IMG/VR virus record: IMGVR_UViG_3300029210_000007
Location: 4,261 to 68,260 of that record
Reading direction: 5' to 3' (one strand)
Origin: a virus
Length of the DNA: 64,000 nucleotides
Shown here piece by piece: positions 48,601 to 57,311 of the stretch. The notes under the pieces are model-generated. The model had not been told where the DNA came from, ran no database searches, and saw nothing but the letters and a program-made list of their open reading frames with translations. Position numbers and translations under genes: made by a program. How positions within the stretch are numbered: the stretch's first letter is position 1; each line of letters begins with the position of its first letter.

Positions 48601-48992
48601 CAGTTCAAACGTTTATGAAGATAGATGCAAAAGCAATCATATCAGAAGTTACTAAAAATTTTAATAAAAAAATAACCTTTAAAGAAAGATTATTGGCTAG
48701 GTATTCTGTACTTGGGTACATGGATATAATTGATAAAAAATATGCAGGTTATTGTTTTGTGGAAGATATTAATGTTGACTATTCGCCACGATTGAAATTA
48801 TATGCGCTGGCAAATGGCAACACGATTCCAGTAAAAATTAGCAAGAAAATATTTAAACAGAATCCTATTAGACGTGGAGATATTGTAAAAGTCACAAACC
48901 AGTATAAAAAACCAAAGATGAAAAAAATTGATGGTGAATGGCGAGAGACTAATGAACAGGAATGGTGGATTTCTGAATACAAAATTTGTTAG
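45684..48992 (+). CDS. DNA polymerase III alpha-like replicative polymerase (PHP domain + Pol IIIa core)
   Basis: N-terminal PHP HKHTSYSN; palm motif GRGSGVSYYINSLLGFSNID; 1102 aa. Confidence 0.85.
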   Translation: MQNYHKHTSYSNVLVGDCATSYDEYVHRAIELGQNVISSVEHGYQSNYYVPYELVQKHNDALHKKVDSGELSEDEYRKKKLKFIFGAEAYWVKDRLAEYPKFDKKTGNIIPNEFVKDRTNCHIVLLAKNEEGRRDINEILSIASIDGFYGQPRIDIELLLKVKPQNVMVTTACLKYWIYDDIEEITEKLFQHFGDNFFLEIQYHDTDIQKKINKRIIELHNKLGIKLILGCDSHYIYPDQHEERDNYLEGRGISYDEDEEGWYMDYPDESEARRRLKVQGILNDEQIDECINNTDILLDFDDIVLNKNIKLPKNYLFNGEWVGSKSQEWRDATLRNLVYSKWDEIKNTIPKERYEEYEKGIEYELNAIIETKMSDYFLIDYELVKIGVSHGGIITKTGRGSGVSYYINSLLGFSNIDRFISPVKLYPDRFISKTRILKTKSLPDLDLNLGTPEIFAKAQKQVMGEGHAYPMISYKPLQVSSAFKLYAKSQGLDFEISNDITSQIKEYEKALKHTDDDSTDSIDLYDFVDKKYKQYIDESKKYRGIINSKSQAPCGYLIYDGDIRREVGLIRCKSEATKKEVITTVIDGMVAENYKFVKNDLLKVDIWLTINNIFKAAGVKTPTVPEMTKLIENDKKTWDVYSSGCTLGINQCESNFGVQCCKQYKPQNMVELTSLVAALRPGFKTQLDNFLNRLPYTTGVTELDNLLKDSFHYMMYQESIMTYLGWLGIEQTETYAIIKKISKKKFKEKELIELKAKLLNGWIKNVGTDEGFEKTWEIIEAASKYSFNASHALSYGFDSVYGAYCKAHYPYEFYSIMMQHYSDKGDKDKVSAYKIEMLKYAGIRIGTYKFGLDNRKFSVDKEAGCINPSLSSIKNFSMTIANTLYELGQKKFEDFGSLLVALREKGIAESRIKDLIGIEYFSDFGDIKYLLNYLHIFLQLYKNKKFLSQLKKDKAFKLEIDFDVVRKHCVSETVQTFMKIDAKAIISEVTKNFNKKITFKERLLARYSVLGYMDIIDKKYAGYCFVEDINVDYSPRLKLYALANGNTIPVKISKKIFKQNPIRRGDIVKVTNQYKKPKMKKIDGEWRETNEQEWWISEYKIC

Positions 48993-49057
48993 AGCTGAAA
49001 TATGACAGATATATTGATATGACTCAATATATTCAAGAGAAGGGAGATACGTAAGGT

Positions 49058-49981
49058 ATGATAAAGTTATTCACACATACAGATATGGATGGTGTAGGTT
49101 GTGCTATTTTAGCACAGCTTGCATTCGGAAAAGAGAATATGGATGTATCGTATTGTAATTATGATGATATTAATAAGACTGTACAAGATTATATATTGAA
49201 CAATTGGGATGATAGCATTCCTATTTATATTACTGATATTAGCGTTAATGATGTAGTGGCAGATTTATTGAATCAGAGAGGAAATGTTAAGTTGTTTGAC
49301 CATCATCCAACCGCACTTGGACTTAATAGATATAATTGGTGTACTGTTTCGATTGATGGACAAGATGGTATTAAGACGTCTGGGACAATGTTATTTTATC
49401 GTTGGTTAGTGTTAAATGGTTATCTTGACGATGAATTAAAGGCGAATAAATCATTAGAAGAATTTGCTGAATTAGTGAGAAATTATGACACTTGGTGTTG
49501 GGCGACACTTGGTGAAGATGGTGTTATCTGTAAACAAGTAAATGATTTATTGTATTTATATGATAGAGACAGATTTATTCAGTGGTGTATTTCTGAAATT
49601 CAGGATGGAGTATTTCCAAAACTGTATGCAGAAGACGAACTTGTGTTAAATCTCAAACAGAAACAAATTGATAAATATATTGAATCAAAAGATAAGACGA
49701 TGTATATCACAGAATTTTGTGGTATGAAGTGTGGTTTTGTATTTGCAGAAAACTATTTTAGCGAACTTGGCAATAAGTTATGCTTGATGCATCCTGAGAT
49801 TGATTTCGTAGCAATGATTAATATGGATGGAAAAACTGTTTCTTATAGAACTGTAAAAGAGAATATAGATTTAGGATATGATATTGCTAAATTATTTGGC
49901 GGTGGTGGTCATCCAAAAGCTGCTGGTTCACGATTTACAGATGAGATTAAATTAGCAACAATTGAGAAAATTTTCGGTTGA
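49058..49981 (+). CDS. DHH/DHHA1 phosphoesterase (NrnA/RecJ-like)
   Basis: motif I HTDMDG, motif III FDHHP, DHHA1 GGGGHPKAAG. Confidence 0.8.
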   Translation: MIKLFTHTDMDGVGCAILAQLAFGKENMDVSYCNYDDINKTVQDYILNNWDDSIPIYITDISVNDVVADLLNQRGNVKLFDHHPTALGLNRYNWCTVSIDGQDGIKTSGTMLFYRWLVLNGYLDDELKANKSLEEFAELVRNYDTWCWATLGEDGVICKQVNDLLYLYDRDRFIQWCISEIQDGVFPKLYAEDELVLNLKQKQIDKYIESKDKTMYITEFCGMKCGFVFAENYFSELGNKLCLMHPEIDFVAMINMDGKTVSYRTVKENIDLGYDIAKLFGGGGHPKAAGSRFTDEIKLATIEKIFG

Positions 49982-50038
49982 ATGACGGATTTCATGCAGT
50001 TTATATCACAATATGTAGTGGTTAGATAAATACATAAC

Positions 50039-50052
50039 TACTATATATAGTA
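50039..50052 (+). promoter_or_regulatory. palindromic promoter-like motif TACTATATATAGTA (also at 56213-56226; variants 56243-56256 and 4086-4102)
   Basis: exact 14-bp palindrome repeated upstream of gene blocks, each followed by AGAAAAGGAG-type RBS region. Confidence 0.5.
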
Positions 50053-50079
50053 TACAGAAAAGGAGATGATGCCATATAT

Positions 50080-50520
50080 ATGAAATTTTATGAACGATTA
50101 GAATCATGGTCATATTTATTAAGATCAAAAGCATTATATCATGAGCTGAAGTATTATGTAAAGAAGAAGCAAACACATATAAAAAGGCTATATCATTTTA
50201 ACAGTAGGGGAATTGGAAAAGCATATAATCTAATGAAGATTAGTGGAAAATACAAAATTCCTCTTATTGAATCAAACATTATGTCAGCTAAATGGGCTTG
50301 CGAGTGTTATAGAAAGTTTCAACCTATAGTTATAACTCCAATACAGTTGGAAGAAAGAGTAAAACATGGTTCTCTTATTTTGGTCGATGAGAGACAGTTA
50401 TTCAGTAATAACGATAAAAAAGCATTACAAAAATACATTTGTATTGGATTTGAAGCAGTATTTTTAAAAAAATATGTGGTGGTGGAATATGTAGACACAC
50501 AGGGTAGGATTCTGTGTTAG
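50080..50520 (+). CDS. hypothetical protein
   Basis: AAAAGGAGA RBS. Confidence 0.55.
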   Translation: MKFYERLESWSYLLRSKALYHELKYYVKKKQTHIKRLYHFNSRGIGKAYNLMKISGKYKIPLIESNIMSAKWACECYRKFQPIVITPIQLEERVKHGSLILVDERQLFSNNDKKALQKYICIGFEAVFLKKYVVVEYVDTQGRILC

Positions 50521-50641
50521 CTGATTAATTAGCTAATCTGGTATAGGAAAGTAAGTAGTGTGAGCAGAATCATGTAGGGTGAAAATCCCTACCCACATAA
50601 TCATTTAGAAAATATTATATTAAATAAAGGAGAATAGAAAA

Positions 50642-50995
50642 ATGAAAGTTGATTGCGGATACACAGAAAATTATTTTAAAGAAAAGAATAGAATGATTAA
50701 GAATTGCGAAATAGCTTGTGAAGATTGTCCGATTAGTAATGACAATAACAAGACCGACTTGCCATGTGAAGTGTTTGAAAGAACATATCCCGATGAAGCG
50801 ATAGAAATTGTTCAGAAATGGAGCGACGAACATCAGGTAGAAACTAGAAAAGAGCATTTTCTAAAAATGTTCCCGAACGCTTCAATGTGGAAAGGACACC
50901 CTTTTCTTTGTGTTAGCCATTTGAGTAAGAAAGTTTCGTGCGAAAATGATTGTAAAAAGTGTTGGGATAAGCCATATACAGAAGGAGAATTTTAA
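50642..50995 (+). CDS. Cys-rich protein
   Basis: AAAGGAGAA RBS; 10 Cys. Confidence 0.55.
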   Translation: MKVDCGYTENYFKEKNRMIKNCEIACEDCPISNDNNKTDLPCEVFERTYPDEAIEIVQKWSDEHQVETRKEHFLKMFPNASMWKGHPFLCVSHLSKKVSCENDCKKCWDKPYTEGEF

Positions 50996-51246
50996 TGGCG
51001 AATGAATCATTGTTGGAAGTTATACAAATGTTGGTAGGATATAGCGAACCATATGGAGCCCCACAAATTGATGATATAAGATATAAAAATCAAGAGAAAA
51101 TTATTCTGATACTTACAAATGGTATTGAAGATTTAATAAATAATTCTAAATACAGAAATAACCCAAAAGATAGTGTATCTAAGATAGGCAATAGAGCATA
51201 CGAGGTATTATGTCAGTTGCGTAAAGAAATTGATAAATGCTTATAA
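50995..51246 (+). CDS. hypothetical protein
   Basis: ATG overlaps upstream stop. Confidence 0.5.
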   Translation: MANESLLEVIQMLVGYSEPYGAPQIDDIRYKNQEKIILILTNGIEDLINNSKYRNNPKDSVSKIGNRAYEVLCQLRKEIDKCL

Positions 51247-51261
51247 AAATTAGGAGGTTTT

Positions 51262-51822
51262 ATGAATTCAAAAGATAATATATATGCAAACACAGATGAG
51301 AGGATATTATTTTTATCTGACGACATAGATAATGAATCGGTTGGAAGTATAACATGGAATATTTTACGATTGATTAAATCTGATGATGAAAAGGATAAAA
51401 AAGAGAAAGATTATAGGCGTGAACCAATTAAATTGTATATCAACTCTTATGGTGGTTCTGTTTATGATATGTGGGGATTAATTGACATTATCCTCAATAG
51501 TAAAACTCCAATCTATACATATTGCACTGGTTATGCCATGAGTGCAGCATTTAAGATTTTCTTAGCTGGTCACAAAAGATACTGTTATAAACACTCTACT
51601 TTTATGTATCATCAGATGAGTTGTTGGAGAAGTGGAAAGTATCAGGATTTAGTAGAAGACAGAGAAGAAATGGATTGGTTAAATAAAAAGAATGAAGAAT
51701 ATGTAATTGATAGAACTAAACTTACAAGAGATAAAGTAAAAGATATTCGTGAAAAGAAGAAAGATTTTTATATTCATTCAGATAAAGCAGTTGAATATGG
51801 CATTGTAGATGAAGTTTTATAA
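51262..51822 (+). CDS. ClpP-family (S14) serine peptidase
   Basis: YINSYGGSVYDMWGLIDII...CTGYAMSAAF (Ser)...MYHQMS (His) parallels ClpP INSPGG/GxAASM/IHQP. Confidence 0.7.
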   Translation: MNSKDNIYANTDERILFLSDDIDNESVGSITWNILRLIKSDDEKDKKEKDYRREPIKLYINSYGGSVYDMWGLIDIILNSKTPIYTYCTGYAMSAAFKIFLAGHKRYCYKHSTFMYHQMSCWRSGKYQDLVEDREEMDWLNKKNEEYVIDRTKLTRDKVKDIREKKKDFYIHSDKAVEYGIVDEVL

Positions 51823-51866
51823 GACTGAAATGTTTTAAATGGTGAATTTGGATAAGGATGATATAA

Positions 51867-53003
51867 ATGAGAGTATATAAAGATAAACAATATCTCATCT
51901 TTGACTATGAAGATGGTCGTACTGTAAAGTACGATTTTGCAACAAACACTGCAATTGGAATAAAAGGCAAGCCAGTAAAAAATTTGTGTAGTCAATTAAG
52001 AGGGTTTTATTTAGAACAATTATTCGATTGTTGTGATGATAAACAATATGCGAAGTTTCTACGATTTATTAGGAACGCAGAAAGCCATTCATATTTAATA
52101 GACAATATAGGAACAATTCTTGATAGAGTATCTAAATACGCACATTTTGAGCAGATCTTTTCGGCAGGACTTGAGGATATCATTACAGATCGTTGTCATT
52201 TTCAATATTCTATAAATGAAATTCCGAAATCTCTAATTAAATTGTGCAAAAAATATTCTATTAAAATATCAAATGAGATGGTTAAATATTATAAAGAAAA
52301 TCAGGATGCGCATTATATAGCATATACTCTTGATTATTTTAGCTTAACCCTTAATGATATTTATGTTATTTGGAGCAAAGAAGATTCTCGTTGGAATAAT
52401 AATAATGGGGAAATAGAATGGTACTCATTTTTTAACAAGTTGGTAAATGAATATGGATATAATGCAAAAGACTTATGGTTGTATTTGGATAGAATTAAAA
52501 CATTTGAAGCCATTGAAGATATGGATTTTTTAATTCGTGAACTATACGATTATGCTAGTTTAATGAGAGAGCTTAGTCCTAAATATGATAAATATCCTAA
52601 AAATTTTCTTACAACACACAAAATTGCTTGTAGAAATTATAGCAGAATGAAAAAAGAATTTTCAGAGGAGTTATTTAGAAAGAGAATAAATAAGCAGTAT
52701 GAGTGTTCTTTTGGCGACTATGTATTTATCTATCCAAAATCTACACAAGATATCAAAGATGAATCTGTGCAAATGTCAAATTGTGTCAGTTCATATATAG
52801 ATGATGTGATTAATGGCGATTGTCATATTTTGTTCTTGAGAAAGAAAAATAAACCAGAAGAAAGTTTGGTAACGATTGAAGTAAGGAACAATAGAATTGT
52901 ACAAGCTAGACGAAGATTCAATGATGATGTAACGGCAGAAGATCAGAAGGCTATCGATGCATTTAACAAAAAGTTTACGAATAAGGAGGACAAAGTGGCA
53001 TGA
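51867..53003 (+). CDS. hypothetical protein (possibly PcfJ-like)
   Basis: 378 aa ORF; domain assignment from memory only. Confidence 0.55.
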   Translation: MRVYKDKQYLIFDYEDGRTVKYDFATNTAIGIKGKPVKNLCSQLRGFYLEQLFDCCDDKQYAKFLRFIRNAESHSYLIDNIGTILDRVSKYAHFEQIFSAGLEDIITDRCHFQYSINEIPKSLIKLCKKYSIKISNEMVKYYKENQDAHYIAYTLDYFSLTLNDIYVIWSKEDSRWNNNNGEIEWYSFFNKLVNEYGYNAKDLWLYLDRIKTFEAIEDMDFLIRELYDYASLMRELSPKYDKYPKNFLTTHKIACRNYSRMKKEFSEELFRKRINKQYECSFGDYVFIYPKSTQDIKDESVQMSNCVSSYIDDVINGDCHILFLRKKNKPEESLVTIEVRNNRIVQARRRFNDDVTAEDQKAIDAFNKKFTNKEDKVA

Positions 53004-53440
53004 TTAAAGGCGATCGAATTAAATTAGTTAAGAAGATGGGTGTTTTTGACAACATCGGTGAGATTTGTGAAGTAACTGATATTCAGGAAGGTGGAGTAAT
53101 CTGTTTTAAGTTTGGAGGTTGTCATCTTGGCTGTATGTCATATGACGAGTATGAAAAGTATTTTGAAAAGGTTGAGACACCTGTAAAAAGAATTTGGAGT
53201 AAGTGGAATGTAATGTATAATAACGATTTTATTGATATTAATGGTAAGAAAAGAGGTTTCCTATATTACGTAAGAGATAATGGTAAAAAGGTTCAGGTTA
53301 GATGTGATTTATTTAAAGCAGAAGCTACATGTTGTAAGGATGATACTTTTGATTTTGATAAAGGTTTGAACCTTGCTAAGAAGCGTTTAATTGTAAAGCT
53401 TCTTAATAATCAAGTTAATGAAATTGCAAAGTCAATGTAA
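53000..53440 (+). CDS. hypothetical protein
   Basis: overlapping start ATGA. Confidence 0.55.
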   Translation: MIKGDRIKLVKKMGVFDNIGEICEVTDIQEGGVICFKFGGCHLGCMSYDEYEKYFEKVETPVKRIWSKWNVMYNNDFIDINGKKRGFLYYVRDNGKKVQVRCDLFKAEATCCKDDTFDFDKGLNLAKKRLIVKLLNNQVNEIAKSM

Positions 53441-53473
53441 AAAATTGATTTGAACAGATAAAGGTATAAAATT

Positions 53474-53962
53474 ATGAAAATAAAGTTTAAAAATGGCAGG
53501 TATATTAAATCTATTAGTGACTCAAAAAATAATATTCGCAATGAAAGATGGAATAAACAAATAGCTTATTGGAACAAACATCCTGATAAGTTTATGGAAC
53601 TAATAAGATTTGAATTACTGCCATATCAAAGAATTATATTGAAGTCATTGTTGAAAATTGAGGAGAAGGAAATGTATGAAATTGTAGAGAATGAATATAG
53701 CCGATTTTTGCAAGATGTAAAAGACGGATCAATGATATTTGGCAAATATATTGATGAATCAGAATACGAAGATGAATATTCTTACAATGATATTGGTAAA
53801 GCACAAGGTAAATTCATCGAAAAAGTTAAAGAATATTTACATGAAAATTATCCAGGTAAGTATGTAGTGTCAGGCGGTTGGTGTGTGTTTGTTATGACGC
53901 CTGATAGGGCAAGAGAAAGTCATGTACCAGAGAAAATAATAGAGTTGTTTACGGTGAAATAA
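53474..53962 (+). CDS. hypothetical protein
   Basis: 162 aa ORF. Confidence 0.55.
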   Translation: MKIKFKNGRYIKSISDSKNNIRNERWNKQIAYWNKHPDKFMELIRFELLPYQRIILKSLLKIEEKEMYEIVENEYSRFLQDVKDGSMIFGKYIDESEYEDEYSYNDIGKAQGKFIEKVKEYLHENYPGKYVVSGGWCVFVMTPDRARESHVPEKIIELFTVK

Positions 53963-54027
53963 ATTTTTAATAAAACTTTCGTTTCAAGAAAAATTTTATA
54001 TATTTCTATAAAAATTGAGGTGAGAAT

Positions 54028-54450
54028 TTGCAAATAGAAGAAAAAGATAGTGAATTAGATATGTTTGATGCAAAAACAAACAGCAAAATTGGTAGCCTAA
54101 ATGGCGCTATAAATATTTCATTGAATTATAACTCTAAAACTGACTACATACATGATACAAACGAAAGAAAAATTGTACCATTTTTGCATCATCCAACATA
54201 TGAATTGTCTTTAAACACAAATGAGTTAATTGATACCGATGAACTGATGAAAATATTGGGATTAGATTTGGCAAAGCAGCCAGATGCTTATGATATTCAA
54301 TATACAAAAATTGTTCAGGTTAGAAGACATAAAAGAAAGAGAATAAATAAGAAGTGGATAAAGAGATATGGTTATAAGAAAATATTAGTTACTGGTAAAG
54401 GTTTTAAGATAAAAACATGTATTGATGGAAGCGTTGAGTTTATAAAATAA
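54028..54450 (+). CDS. hypothetical protein (TTG start)
   Basis: TTGAGGTGAGAA RBS. Confidence 0.45.
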   Translation: MQIEEKDSELDMFDAKTNSKIGSLNGAINISLNYNSKTDYIHDTNERKIVPFLHHPTYELSLNTNELIDTDELMKILGLDLAKQPDAYDIQYTKIVQVRRHKRKRINKKWIKRYGYKKILVTGKGFKIKTCIDGSVEFIK

Positions 54451-54452
54451 TT

Positions 54453-54914
54453 ATGGAGAATGACAATTTGGAGAGCATACTATTAAATGCTGCTCAGAAC
54501 TTTGATAAGGTGAGTGATTTAGAAATGCAGACAGCAAACGATAATATCAGAAAACAATTTGACAACATCATTCATGGCAAACCTCCGAAAACAGAACGAG
54601 AAAAAGAATTTGATAAACTTGCAAGAAAAGAATTAGAAGAGTACAGACGAAAGAAGAAAGCTTTTTATGACGATCCTATCCATTGGAATAACAACAAGCG
54701 TAGAAGGCATGGACTTCCTGTATTAAGAGGCAACGTTAATAAATACCGTTCGAAAGAATATCCAGGATTTTATCCGTCTGTACGATTCTTTGGTATGATG
54801 GAAGATTTATTTGATGAGATATTGATTACAACTATGGAAGATAATTATAAGGCTTTTATAAATATAAAAGATTTGGCAATTGGTGATGCTAATGTATTTA
54901 ATATAGGAGAATAA
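54453..54914 (+). CDS. hypothetical protein
   Basis: 153 aa ORF. Confidence 0.55.
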   Translation: MENDNLESILLNAAQNFDKVSDLEMQTANDNIRKQFDNIIHGKPPKTEREKEFDKLARKELEEYRRKKKAFYDDPIHWNNNKRRRHGLPVLRGNVNKYRSKEYPGFYPSVRFFGMMEDLFDEILITTMEDNYKAFINIKDLAIGDANVFNIGE

Positions 54915-54918
54915 TAAA

Positions 54919-55440
54919 ATGAATACAAAAATTATTAGTGCGTTTCCTGCTTGTGGGAAAACATATGCGTTTGAAAGATTAAGTAAAGAAGGTTATAAAA
55001 TTCTCGATAGTGATAGTAGTAAATTTAGCTGGTGCTATGATTGTGATTCGACAAATTTAGAAGATGTTGAAAAACATCGTAATCCTGAATTTCCTGATAA
55101 TTATATTCAGCACATTAAAGAGAATATTGGAAAAGTAGATTATATTTTTACAAGTAGCCACAAGGAAGTCAGAGATGCTTTGATTGCTAATGGTATTTAT
55201 TTCACACTTGTTTATCCTAGTCGAAAAATGAAAGCTGAATGGGTTGGTAGATGCTTCCTGCGTAGAAGTGGAGAAAAGTTTTGCCAGCTTATTGCAGATA
55301 ATTGGGACAACTGGATTGATGAAATGGAAGCTACCGAGAATTGTGATAAATGGGTTCTTGGTGAAGATGATTCTATTGACTTATTTGACTTAGATAAATA
55401 TTCATATTTAAGTGAATTAATTGAAAAAGGCTTGATTTAG
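54919..55440 (+). CDS. P-loop NTPase, nucleotide/nucleoside kinase-like
   Basis: N-terminal Walker A-like AFPACGKTY. Confidence 0.5.
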   Translation: MNTKIISAFPACGKTYAFERLSKEGYKILDSDSSKFSWCYDCDSTNLEDVEKHRNPEFPDNYIQHIKENIGKVDYIFTSSHKEVRDALIANGIYFTLVYPSRKMKAEWVGRCFLRRSGEKFCQLIADNWDNWIDEMEATENCDKWVLGEDDSIDLFDLDKYSYLSELIEKGLI

Positions 55441-55461
55441 AAATAGAGGGAGAATAATTAA

Positions 55462-55701
55462 ATGACAAAGAAGAAAGGTTTCGGAGTGAGTCCAATTACA
55501 AATATAATCTATTATGGAACTCAAGATACAGAAAAACATAAGTGGGTTGGTAATAAGATAGATGTGACAAATGATGCGATAGCTGCTGTATATGAATGGT
55601 TTATGGGTAATATGGAAGACTCTGAAGGTGAGAAAGAGGAATACTCAATTACATATCCTAGTACAGAATTTGAGTTAGTTATGAGAAGAAAAGAGAATTA
55701 A
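55462..55701 (+). CDS. hypothetical protein
   Basis: 79 aa ORF. Confidence 0.5.
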   Translation: MTKKKGFGVSPITNIIYYGTQDTEKHKWVGNKIDVTNDAIAAVYEWFMGNMEDSEGEKEEYSITYPSTEFELVMRRKEN

Positions 55702-55717
55702 TAAATAGGTGGTTAAT

Positions 55718-55912
55718 ATGAATAATGGTGTAAATTATACAATTGTCAGTGTGCCTTCTTATATAACTTTTGAATGTCCATTTTGTCATGAAGAGGTGGA
55801 AGTGGATTACAACGATGTTGATTTTAAAACTGATTATTGGGCAGATGGCGCTTGGTGTGATTGTCCCGAATGCGGTAAAGCAGTGGAGCTTGATGATTAT
55901 GAGTATGATTAG
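55718..55912 (+). CDS. zinc-ribbon protein (CPFC...CDCPECG)
   Basis: AATAGGTGG RBS before ATG 55718. Confidence 0.5.
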   Translation: MNNGVNYTIVSVPSYITFECPFCHEEVEVDYNDVDFKTDYWADGAWCDCPECGKAVELDDYEYD

Positions 55913-55921
55913 GAGAATAGA

Positions 55922-56197
55922 ATGATTGATGTAAATCCAACATCTGATAGATGGAAAGAAATATGTGAAATAACTGACGAAAAATCACAAAATAGAGCAT
56001 TAAGAAAATATGTATATGAACTAGAACATAAAGTACACGCTCATGAAACTGAATTAGAAAAACTCAGAAAAGAGAACAAAAAAATAAAAGACGATTTACT
56101 TTCAATTGAGTTTATAAAAGAAGTTATTGCGACAGTAAAAAGTGAAGCACACTCAGAATGTAATCAAGATTGGAGTGGATTACAGGAAGGATTTTAA
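55922..56197 (+). CDS. hypothetical coiled-coil protein
   Basis: TAGGAGAA RBS. Confidence 0.55.
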   Translation: MIDVNPTSDRWKEICEITDEKSQNRALRKYVYELEHKVHAHETELEKLRKENKKIKDDLLSIEFIKEVIATVKSEAHSECNQDWSGLQEGF

Positions 56198-56326
56198 AGT
56201 TATAAAATAGCTACTATATATAGTATAAAAATGACAATACGCTACTATATGTAGTAAACAAATAACTATGAAACCGTTGTTTCATTGGAATGTAAAAAGA
56301 GAATATCGTTACGGAGGTGAAATTAA

Positions 56327-56908
56327 ATGCATTATTGCGTTCATTTGCTTACAAAAGAATTACCAAGTGAAAATAAAATTGCAGAAATTCTGAAGCCATA
56401 TAATTCAGAACTTATATATGATTCTGATGAAGATGAAGAAAAAGTAATTGATTATCCAGTTTTTACATGGGATTGGTATCAAATTGGCGGGAGATATAAG
56501 GCAGAACTAAAATTAAAAGTAGATAAAGAAGATTCTGAAAATCGGAAATATTACAATTGGAACTATTATGGGGAACAAGGAAGAAATGGTCGATTATTTT
56601 GGTCAAGTCTACTATCTATATTGAAAGAAAATATTAAACCTGAATGGATATTCCGTGAAGAAGATTGGTTTATGAACATGGGTTTCGGTGACGGATATAT
56701 TCTTGTTGACGGTGCAAAACAAGGTGATATTTTAAATATTGATAACCTTGAATGCTATGTTTGTATCTTGCCTGACGGATCAGCTATTGCAAGATATTCG
56801 TGGAATGGTAAGGAATTTATTAAGGATGAAAATTTTGATGAGAAATATAGTCAGGCTATCACTGATAATATGGATGGATTTATTACAGTGCTTGATATTC
56901 ATGATTAG
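56327..56908 (+). CDS. hypothetical protein
   Basis: ACGGAGGTGA RBS. Confidence 0.6.
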   Translation: MHYCVHLLTKELPSENKIAEILKPYNSELIYDSDEDEEKVIDYPVFTWDWYQIGGRYKAELKLKVDKEDSENRKYYNWNYYGEQGRNGRLFWSSLLSILKENIKPEWIFREEDWFMNMGFGDGYILVDGAKQGDILNIDNLECYVCILPDGSAIARYSWNGKEFIKDENFDEKYSQAITDNMDGFITVLDIHD

Positions 56909-56916
56909 GAGAATAT

Positions 56917-57246
56917 ATGAGAGAAGATAGGCTTAGTTATATAGAAAATGAAATTAGTAAAACGCCACTTTATTCATTGTTTGGAGTAGATGGTATTAAT
57001 GAATTAAAGAGTAGAATTATAGACATTATCTATGAACAGGTACGAGAAGATTTAAAAAATAGTTACTGTGTTCTTATTGATCCAGATGATATAAATGAGA
57101 CACTTGGTAATAATATTGTCCAAGAAGCGATTGATGAGTTAAAAGAAGAGTGGAAAGACAAGCTTAAAAAATGTATGAATCAGAAATATCAAAATAAATT
57201 TCAAAAAAGTAACAAGAAATATTTTTTTCATTTGAAAATTAAATAA
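56917..57246 (+). CDS. hypothetical protein
   Basis: TAGGAGAA RBS. Confidence 0.55.
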   Translation: MREDRLSYIENEISKTPLYSLFGVDGINELKSRIIDIIYEQVREDLKNSYCVLIDPDDINETLGNNIVQEAIDELKEEWKDKLKKCMNQKYQNKFQKSNKKYFFHLKIK

Positions 57247-57311
57247 CACAAAAAAAAGGAGGAAAAGAGTTTTGTGCGCACAGAAAAACTATAGTTTACT
57301 CCTGATAAAAA

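Noticed and set aside
51262-51822. ClpP-like gene considered as evidence that the head-morphogenesis module starts here
   Set aside because: No portal, scaffold, major capsid or terminase-like ORFs follow; the neighbours are nucleotide-metabolism and hypothetical genes.
57254-57311. Short frame with a good RBS upstream of the first methyltransferase, considered as a separate leader peptide gene
   Set aside because: It is only 23 codons, with no start codon at the right spacing other than TTG. More likely a remnant or indel artefact than a gene; mentioned under the MTase finding instead.
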